Under the pieces are notes generated by a model, which was not told the DNA's origin, did not search any database, and saw nothing but the letters and a program-made list of their open reading frames with translations. From the sequence record MN496306.1: a DNA stretch of 11,729 bases; one strand, written 5' to 3'. Each line of letters starts with the position of its first letter. The first letter of the stretch is position 1. The position numbers were made by a program, and so were the translations under genes. Of this stretch, positions 1 through 6,505 are shown in pieces.

Positions 1-35
1 GCCCTTTATAAAGTCATAATCTTTTTTTACTTCTG
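1..35 (+). promoter_or_regulatory. T9-like promoter (TATA TTTATAAA at 5-12) followed by an oligo-T tract (21-28); leaderless start at ATG 36
   Basis: TATA box starts 31 nt before the ATG and there is no SD. Positions 1-27 match 7561-7587 at 24/27. Confidence 0.8.
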
Positions 36-284
36 ATGACTGCGTTAGGCGATACAATCTATGTAACATCTATCCTTTTCCCAGCTGTAGGCATTCTGAG
101 TAGAAACTATCTCATCAATTTAATGGGGTTTTTTGTTGGGACCCTAGGATTTCTTATCTTTGTACAAGGATACACAGACATTAGCTTTTCAGGGAGTACT
201 TTCTACTTAGCAATATTTCCTTTGCTGTTAGGGCTAGTAAACTTAGGCTTCTTCTTCAATTGGTTGAGGGAAGAAAGGATATGA
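36..284 (+). CDS. a82: Conserved fusellovirus membrane protein, SSV1 A82 homologue (82 aa)
   Basis: Hydrophobic; the motifs LISRNYL-like, FVQGYTDI and FFNWLREERI match A82 as I recall it; first gene after the vp block. Confidence 0.9.
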   Translation: MTALGDTIYVTSILFPAVGILSRNYLINLMGFFVGTLGFLIFVQGYTDISFSGSTFYLAIFPLLLGLVNLGFFFNWLREERI

Positions 285-583
285 GGTGGTTTCATGTTTC
301 TAACAGAGTTAATCCCCGAAAAAGTTCTCGTATACGGGGCAATCATAGATACAATATTTATTATTATGTATCTTCTTGCAAGAAAATCGAAGACCAAACA
401 AGAGAAATTCATAGAGAGATTGCAAAATATAAGGCTATTAGGATACTATCTCATAGGGGCTTCTATCTTTACGCTTCTGATAGTGCACATGGCGGAATTC
501 TCAGGCTTAGTAGATTATTACTTAGGTCTTTCGCTAGATTCGCTTCTATTCTTTATCGGGTTAAAAATGGTGATGAAGAATGA
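281..583 (+). CDS. Overprinted basic ORF, SSV1 C84-like position (100 aa from ATG 281, MRW...)
   Basis: ATG overlaps the a82 stop (ATGA), and the frame stays open across the whole a92-like gene. May not be translated. Confidence 0.35.
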   Translation: MRWFHVSNRVNPRKSSRIRGNHRYNIYYYVSSCKKIEDQTREIHREIAKYKAIRILSHRGFYLYASDSAHGGILRLSRLLLRSFARFASILYRVKNGDEE

Positions 584-587
584 GTAA
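294..587 (+). CDS. a92: Membrane protein, SSV1 A92-like (97 aa)
   Basis: SD GAGGTGG at 283-289; about three hydrophobic segments; syntenic; overlaps the b277 start. Confidence 0.75.
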   Translation: MFLTELIPEKVLVYGAIIDTIFIIMYLLARKSKTKQEKFIERLQNIRLLGYYLIGASIFTLLIVHMAEFSGLVDYYLGLSLDSLLFFIGLKMVMKNE

Positions 588-1395
588 TGGAAGTTTGGAA
601 AAGGCAATGGAAGAAGCACTCAAGAACGCTAAAACGCTGGAAGAATTAGAACAGCTCTACAGACAGATACCACAACCCTCAAAGAAACTCTACAAAGCCT
701 ATGAGAAACGAAAATTTGAGTTAAAGTATGAGCAATATAAGAAGCTAAAAGAGGAACTAGCACAGAAGCGGAAGAAGCTAAAGAAAGAGAAAGTTGATAT
801 TCGTGTTAAGATAACAAAGAAATGGATAAACAGCAGACTGTTCACAGCAGAGCATTATGTCGCATTGCTTCAGCAAAGTAAAGATGGTCTACAGTTAATG
901 TTTCTCAGAAAGGTGAAACTTGTTGAGAATCAAGGCTATTTAATGATTGAAAGTAAGAAGCTCAGAAAGGCATGGGTTCTTGTCGGTGAGCCGGTCCTTC
1001 TTGAAAAGAGCAGAATCTTTGGGAAGAAATTTGTTGCAGTGCACTTTGTCTTGCCAGATTTTCCATATACTCTTGACATAGCTGTGGATGAAAAATTAAG
1101 GCAATTAGCAATCAAAGGAGTAAACGGCCCACAGATATTGCATAGTGTCGTCAGGACCAAGTTCTTTGAAGCTTTGGCTAGAGTAGGCTCTGGACCAGAT
1201 TTGATGTATTTGATTTTGGGTGCAATCATGGGATTGGGGTTCGGTTTAGCAATTGGTTTCGGGATTGCAAACACAAACTTAGCCCACTCACTGCATCCAA
1301 CAGTAACTAATACAACAACAGTTACGCACCCAACTACAACAATACCACCTTCACCACCTACAACCACAACATCTGTTCCAACTCAGGTGGTGTAA
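580..1395 (+). CDS. b277: SSV1 B277 homologue: N-terminal coiled coil, C-terminal TM helix, Thr/Pro-rich tail (271 aa)
   Basis: Size, synteny, GGTGA SD, TM segment LILGAIMGLGFGLAIGFGIA. Confidence 0.85.
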   Translation: MSNGSLEKAMEEALKNAKTLEELEQLYRQIPQPSKKLYKAYEKRKFELKYEQYKKLKEELAQKRKKLKKEKVDIRVKITKKWINSRLFTAEHYVALLQQSKDGLQLMFLRKVKLVENQGYLMIESKKLRKAWVLVGEPVLLEKSRIFGKKFVAVHFVLPDFPYTLDIAVDEKLRQLAIKGVNGPQILHSVVRTKFFEALARVGSGPDLMYLILGAIMGLGFGLAIGFGIANTNLAHSLHPTVTNTTTVTHPTTTIPPSPPTTTTSVPTQVV

Positions 1396-1863
1396 CTGAC
1401 AAAGAAATCATCTGGTAACTCTACTGTAGAAGAGCTAAAGAAGGAAAATGAAGACTTGAAGAGGAAAATTGAAGAGCTAGAGGCATTGCTAAATGAGCAA
1501 GAAGAGGAAGATGAGGAAATACAAGAGATAGAGAATCCATATACTGTAACAAATCGCTCAATCACTGAACTTGTCGAACCAAAGGACACAATGCTTTATT
1601 TGAGTGGCAGTCAGATTAATCTGATTTTATCCGCTTACGAATTCGCCCGTTTACCCGTTTATTTTGGGGAAGAGCCAGTGCTAGAGTTGGCTGAGTTTGC
1701 GAGCAAATTGAAGTACTACTTAGTGAGTAAGGGCGGACGCGGTAGAAGAGACATACTCAGAGTACTGAGAGTAAGCAGTGGACAGACCCGTGAACAAGTG
1801 AATAAATCGATATTCAAACAACTACTCAAGGGTGGGGCAGATATAGATGAAGAAGCTGAGTGA
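1396..1863 (+). CDS. a154: SSV1 A154 homologue (155 aa if started at CTG 1396; the ORF track starts it at TTG 1456)
   Basis: The motifs EIENPYTVTNR and YYLVSKGGRGRRDILRVLRVSSGQ match A154. An in-frame extension (L)TKKSSGNSTVEELKKENEDL resembles the A154 N-terminus. SD AGGTGGTG at 1385-1392. Confidence 0.88.
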   Translation: MTKKSSGNSTVEELKKENEDLKRKIEELEALLNEQEEEDEEIQEIENPYTVTNRSITELVEPKDTMLYLSGSQINLILSAYEFARLPVYFGEEPVLELAEFASKLKYYLVSKGGRGRRDILRVLRVSSGQTREQVNKSIFKQLLKGGADIDEEAE

Positions 1864-2578
1864 GGTACAGAAAGGTGCTTCGTTAATTCTAGCCCGTGAA
1901 ATTGTTAGTGCATACAAAAATAATGGATTTACAAATATCTTGATATTCGGAAAACAAGGGGTAGGGAAAACTACGTATGCATTAAGGGTGGCTAAAGAAG
2001 TAGTCAAAATGCTGGATAACGATATCACGGAAGAGGAAGCATGGAGTAAAGCATTATCTTATCTAGTTTTTACACTTGAGGAAGCAATCCAGAAAATGAA
2101 AGCAGTCGTAGAGCTACACAAACAAGGTAACATTAACGCGAGACTTCCGCTTTTAATATTAGATGATGCATCAATAGACTTGATTAAGTATAAGTGGTAT
2201 GATGAGACAAATCAAGAGTTTTATAAGTTGAACGTATTAGCGAGAACTTGGGTTGCTTCATTAATCTACACCACACCAATGGTTTCTGATATTGCAAAAT
2301 TCCTCAGAGAAAAGGGATGGATTGTAGTCAAAATAACAAAGGGTGGGAATAAGAACACATCATTGGCCTATCTTTACAAAAGAGCCTTTGCATTAAATAG
2401 TACAAAAACCGATTTTGTAGGGAAATACAAGGTGATCGCGATAGATTACTTTACAAGAAGAATGCCAAATAGTATATATAATGAATATATGCAGAGAAGA
2501 GACAAAGTAATGATCTCGATAGCTGAGAAGATATTAAATGTGGACCTAAATAGTGAGGAAAAGTCCTTAAATGTTTAG
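1847..2578 (+). CDS. b251: P-loop ATPase, SSV1 B251 homologue (DnaA-like / putative replication or packaging ATPase, 243 aa)
   Basis: Walker A GKQGVGKT, Walker B LLILDD; syntenic after a154 and convergent with int. Confidence 0.93.
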   Translation: MKKLSEVQKGASLILAREIVSAYKNNGFTNILIFGKQGVGKTTYALRVAKEVVKMLDNDITEEEAWSKALSYLVFTLEEAIQKMKAVVELHKQGNINARLPLLILDDASIDLIKYKWYDETNQEFYKLNVLARTWVASLIYTTPMVSDIAKFLREKGWIVVKITKGGNKNTSLAYLYKRAFALNSTKTDFVGKYKVIAIDYFTRRMPNSIYNEYMQRRDKVMISIAEKILNVDLNSEEKSLNV

Positions 2579-2611
2579 GACTTGAGGGTTTTTTAGAGCG
2601 TAAATAAGGTC

Positions 2612-2617
<6 letters not shown>
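2573..2617. terminator. Putative terminator between convergent b251 and int
   Basis: T6 run at 2589-2594; 9-bp inverted repeat GTTTAGGAC (2573-2581) / GTCCTAAAC (2609-2617) containing both stop codons. Confidence 0.5.
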
Positions 2618-3649
<1,032 letters not shown>

Positions 3650-3669
3650 ATTCCCCTAATGTATTATGA

Positions 3670-3699
3670 TTGCCAAAAGAGGTTTATAAGCTCTGGCAA
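3670..3699 (-). promoter_or_regulatory. Putative int promoter: TATA (+ strand TTTATAAG, 3683-3690) flanked by an imperfect inverted repeat; SD-like AGGGGA before ATG 3649
   Basis: TATA-to-start spacing is plausible; arms TTGCC(AAA)AGAG and CTCTGGCAA. Confidence 0.55.
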
Positions 3700-3820
3700 C
3701 TCGTAAATTTTTGCCGTTAAAAAACGTAGAATTGAAAGTAGACGGCAAAGATTCCTAGGCAGTAATACTAAAAATATCGTATTATTATTATATAGTTATT
3801 TGAGCGAATTACCTATTACG

Positions 3821-3914
3821 CTAATAGCAGCATTGCTGCTACTAATAGCAGCGATTTTGGTATCGCTGCTAATAGCAGCGATTTAGCAAAACATTGCTGC
3901 TAATAGCAGCATTG
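3821..3914. repeat. Array of four CTAATAGCAGC units, partly within palindromes GCTGCTA-A-TAGCAGC
   Basis: Copies at 3821, 3842, 3869 and 3900; 21-bp palindrome ATCGCTGCTA-A-TAGCAGCGAT at 3862-3882. Confidence 0.9.
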
Positions 3915-3919
3915 TCGTA

Positions 3920-4474
3920 TTACTTTACGTAGACTGAAAGCCATCTCTTGAAACTTTTAGGCCTCATCCAGTCTTTCCATCTAGTGATAACATAGCTTCT
4001 TTCGTTTGTAGCAAACTCATTCGCAATTGTAGCTTTTCCATGTTTTTGCAATGTTCTCAACAGTGTGAAAGGCATGAATCTAACTTCACCCTCATTATCG
4101 GCAATATTGCAAAATGCCGTTCTAAATCCCTTAGATTCTAAGATTTCCGCAACACTGACTTTTACTCCTAACACAGCAACTATGGATCCTTTCAGATCCA
4201 TCCTATGGGCTCTGGCTATACTCTGGCCTTTTGTAAAAGAAGTACCAGTTATATCGATATAGAGCCTAAAGCGGGGAATGTAAAAATCAAACTTCTTGAA
4301 AGGATCCCCTTCCCATGTTTCGTCTACTCTGTCAGTTGACAATACACCAATTCCATTCACTGTAATGTCCTTTTCCTTAAGATTTAGGACCAAACGTAGC
4401 CATTTTTTCGCAATCTCTTCCCTAATTGAAGATATTGCCCAATACTTTTCGTATTTATCCTTCAGTTCGCTCAT
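3920..4474 (-). CDS. Putative PD-(D/E)XK-fold nuclease, D244/D212-like (184 aa)
   Basis: FDFYIP...YIDITGTS motif; position between int and d63; start overlaps the d63 stop. Confidence 0.7.
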   Translation of the reverse strand: MSELKDKYEKYWAISSIREEIAKKWLRLVLNLKEKDITVNGIGVLSTDRVDETWEGDPFKKFDFYIPRFRLYIDITGTSFTKGQSIARAHRMDLKGSIVAVLGVKVSVAEILESKGFRTAFCNIADNEGEVRFMPFTLLRTLQKHGKATIANEFATNERSYVITRWKDWMRPKSFKRWLSVYVK

Positions 4475-4647
4475 TCTTCTTCCCTCAGATGGTAGAGGTC
4501 CGCGAAAATCTGTTGACTTAGGAGTAGGGCCTTATCTATTTTCTCTTGGCAGTTTTTCTCTAACATTAGGTCAATTTTTATCTCGCGAACTAGAGATAAT
4601 AGTTCTCTTGCTTCTTTGTCTAAATTAAGCAGATAGCCCTCATCCAT
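4471..4647 (-). CDS. d63: SSV1 D63 homologue, helical-bundle adaptor (58 aa from ATG 4647; the track starts at TTG 4653)
   Basis: RELLSLVREIKID versus D63 RELLSLIHEIKID (recalled); SD GGTGA at 4659-4655. Confidence 0.85.
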   Translation of the reverse strand: MDEGYLLNLDKEARELLSLVREIKIDLMLEKNCQEKIDKALLLSQQIFADLYHLREEE

Positions 4648-4649
4648 CT

Positions 4650-5105
4650 TCAATTCACCAGTTCTTTTAATGCGGTAATTCGAGTTTCAAGGTCCTTCAT
4701 TCTTGCTGGTGGTAATAGATAGCCGTTGAGGTCCTTTCTAAAATTATACTTCTGAATTTGTCCTAACAGCGCTTCAAGTTCATTAATCGTAGTAAGTAGC
4801 TTTGGTACATCAATTTTGACTTCGGCTCTGGATTCACTTTCACTTATATTAATATTGAATGTAACTGTGTTGGTCCCTTCCTCTTTTGCTATCTCTATTC
4901 CTAATTCTCGTGTTATCTTGTTTAGTTCCTCTTTGTTGCCACCAAGAGCATAAATTGTTGCCTCAAGAACTTTCTTCACAATTCTTTTCTTTTCTGGGGT
5001 AAGGCTCTTGTATATTGCTTTTGTCCGTGTGCTAGTCCTGAAGAAAATTTCCGTTGACGTTTTTTCTATATTTTTTTGTATATACGAGTTTGTGTTTTCA
5101 CTCAT
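4650..5105 (-). CDS. Hypothetical early protein (151 aa) with possible N-terminal DNA-binding region and C-terminal coiled coil
   Basis: Coupled to neighbours by overlaps; SD GGTGG; no confident family assignment. Confidence 0.8.
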   Translation of the reverse strand: MSENTNSYIQKNIEKTSTEIFFRTSTRTKAIYKSLTPEKKRIVKKVLEATIYALGGNKEELNKITRELGIEIAKEEGTNTVTFNINISESESRAEVKIDVPKLLTTINELEALLGQIQKYNFRKDLNGYLLPPARMKDLETRITALKELVN

Positions 5106-5340
5106 TTTTTACCACCATCTGGTCGTTTGACTTCCAAACAATCCTTCTTGGGAAGTCTAATACCTCACAATAACCTTCTTCGTCTCTTTCGCACAAGATT
5201 TCCACCATCTTCAATATGTTGTATGCAGTAGATGGTGCTATTTCGAATTGTATTATCAAGTCTTCTACGGACAATTCCCCCTTCTTTTTGAGAATTTGAA
5301 GCGCGGACTTAGCTTTTTGGAACGAGTTTTGTCTGGGCAT
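5098..5340 (-). CDS. f112: Winged-helix transcription regulator, SSV1 F112 homologue (80 aa, lacks the long C-terminal tail)
   Basis: ILKKKGELSVEDLIIQFEIAPSTAYNI...ICER matches the F112 pattern; first gene after the T5-like promoter; SD GAGGGTGA. Confidence 0.85.
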   Translation of the reverse strand: MPRQNSFQKAKSALQILKKKGELSVEDLIIQFEIAPSTAYNILKMVEILCERDEEGYCEVLDFPRRIVWKSNDQMVVKNE

Positions 5341-5346
5341 ATCTTT

Positions 5347-5411
5347 TCACCCTCTATTCTTCTTCTATTCATTCTGAGTTTAAAAGTTTTACTCTTCTAT
5401 TCTTCTTCTTT
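5347..5411 (-). promoter_or_regulatory. T5-like early promoter (TATA 5379-5385) flanked by two tandem 11-bp operator pairs
   Basis: On the - strand: AAAGAAGAAGA ATAGAAGAGTA aaac TTTTAAA ctcagaatga ATAGAAGAAGA ATAGAGGGTGA; mirrors 6129-6193. Confidence 0.8.
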
Positions 5412-5440
5412 TCATTTTAGTTTCAACCAAGTGAGTATTC

Positions 5441-5473
5441 CTTATAATATAATTTGTATAATAGGGGCCAAAG
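5441..5473 (+). promoter_or_regulatory. Tind-like promoter for b49
   Basis: TTATAATA at 5442-5449, 32 nt before ATG 5474, similar to the spacing at the other leaderless promoters. Confidence 0.55.
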
Positions 5474-5620
5474 ATGGGGTGTCAGAGAGCAGAACTACTG
5501 GCCCTTCTTGAGTATATTGAAGAAGAATGCACGAAGAAAGACTGCATAAGCGTAGTGAGAGAGATAAAAGAGCGCGTAAAGAAGAACGCAATGCTAGAGG
5601 CAATCAACAGCCTGTACTAA
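5474..5620 (+). CDS. b49: SSV1 B49 homologue (48 aa, MGCQRAELLALLEYIEEECTKKDCISVVREIKERVKKNAMLEAINSLY); not in the ORF track
   Basis: Hand translation; MGC..ELL.LLEYI..EC...C....E..ERVKK.A..EAIN.L pattern as in B49; same position as the SSV1 Tind gene. Confidence 0.85.
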   Translation: MGCQRAELLALLEYIEEECTKKDCISVVREIKERVKKNAMLEAINSLY

Positions 5621-5632
5621 GCCCAACTCTTC

Positions 5633-5886
5633 TTTATTCTTTTTCTACACACATACACACAAATAGGGGACTCCATCCCCGGGGTCCAGTTTTTGCGGAG
5701 TCTGACAGACGTCTGACAGATTTTTTTATTCTTTTTCTACACACATACACACATATACACACAGAGTACAAAAGATTGTTTTATAGTGTTTTTGTCTGTC
5801 AGACATCTGACAGACGGTTTTTTCTAAACCCACTTTTTTCTTAGTGTTTGTTAATGTGTGTATATGTGTGTATGTGTGTAGAAAAA
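5633..5886. repeat. Repeat-rich non-coding region, putative replication origin
   Basis: 29-bp exact direct repeat (5633-5661, 5725-5753); 32-bp perfect inverted repeat (5732-5763, 5855-5886); four TCTG-W-CAGA units (5701, 5712, 5795, 5806). The origin role is inferred from position. Confidence 0.75.
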
Positions 5887-5908
5887 ATGAATAGACAGAA
5901 AAAAAAGG

Positions 5909-6073
5909 CTACGACTTCATGAGCTCTTCTATCCTACGTCTTACTGCATCTATCACAAACTCTTGTCTGCTAGTGTACCCAGCTTTCCCCATCTTCAAAA
6001 TTTCATCTATTTGGTCTGCCAATGATTTTGAAATTTTCACCCCTACCCATTCGATTTTATCTTTTTTAGGCAT
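5909..6073 (-). CDS. Ribbon-helix-helix repressor at the SSV1 F55 position (54 aa, MPKKDKIEWVGVKISKSLADQIDEILKMGKAGYTSRQEFVIDAVRRRIEELMKS); not in the ORF track
   Basis: Hand translation; RHH pattern (beta strand WVGVKIS, helix, GY.SR.EFV..AVR); SD GAGGT; divergent from the T6-like promoter. Confidence 0.85.
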   Translation of the reverse strand: MPKKDKIEWVGVKISKSLADQIDEILKMGKAGYTSRQEFVIDAVRRRIEELMKS

Positions 6074-6128
6074 CTTCGCTACCTCTATTATTCTTATAGT
6101 ATGTTTATTATTAAAAAGAAGATGGTGG

Positions 6129-6193
6129 ATAGAAGTAGAATAGAAGAGTAAAGTTTAAATATGAGAGTAGAATAGAAGTAGAATAGAGGTGGC
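6129..6193 (+). promoter_or_regulatory. T6-like early promoter (TATA TTTAAATA 6154-6161) flanked by two tandem 11-bp operator pairs
   Basis: ATAGAAGTAGA ATAGAAGAGTA (6129-6150) and ATAGAAGTAGA ATAGAGGTGGC (6172-6193). Confidence 0.8.
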
Positions 6194-6196
6194 AAA

Positions 6197-6499
6197 ATGG
6201 AAACCCCCAAACCCAAATACGAAATTGTTGGGGAAGAAGAAATACATTTTTTTACAAGAATATTTGAAGAAGAAGCGTCCTATAATAATGACAAATTCAT
6301 CGAGATAGAATTTGTCAAGCCTTTTGCTGATACTGGCAGATTTTATGCTGGTGACGCAAGAATCGAATATGTTGAAAGAGAGCTAAAATACATATTACAA
6401 TTATATAAAATATATAACAAAACAGCTAATGGCGAATTACAGTCCCAAATCAAGAAAGAGATACTAATAACTTTAGCGAAAATTGCCGGCATGTTGTGA
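6197..6499 (+). CDS. a100: SSV1 A100-like protein (100 aa)
   Basis: C-terminal ELKYILQLYKIY...IKKEILITLAKI resembles A100; first T6 gene; SD GAGGTGG. Confidence 0.75.
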   Translation: METPKPKYEIVGEEEIHFFTRIFEEEASYNNDKFIEIEFVKPFADTGRFYAGDARIEYVERELKYILQLYKIYNKTANGELQSQIKKEILITLAKIAGML

Positions 6500-6505
6500 T
6501 GCAAG

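Noticed and set aside
946-953. Second ATTGAAAG (crRNA handle-like 8-mer)
   Set aside because: Lies in b277 coding sequence (I-E-S) with no further repeat similarity. It shows the 8-mer alone arises by chance, which tempers the 3727 finding.
1291-1395. ACA/CCA-rich repeats at the b277 3' end (similar at 9640-9700 in vp4)
   Set aside because: Explained by Thr/Pro-rich linker coding, typical of Sulfolobales surface proteins.
3821-3914. CRISPR array formed by the CTAATAGCAGC repeats
   Set aside because: Units are 11 nt with irregular 10-20 nt gaps and lack the ATTGAAAG end; the GCTAAT match to the host repeat 5' end is too short to count.
5667-5700. ORB/mini-ORB-like TCCA plus G-string elements
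   Set aside because: Only 4-5 nt fragments of the consensus in inconsistent arrangement; cannot be supported without an alignment.
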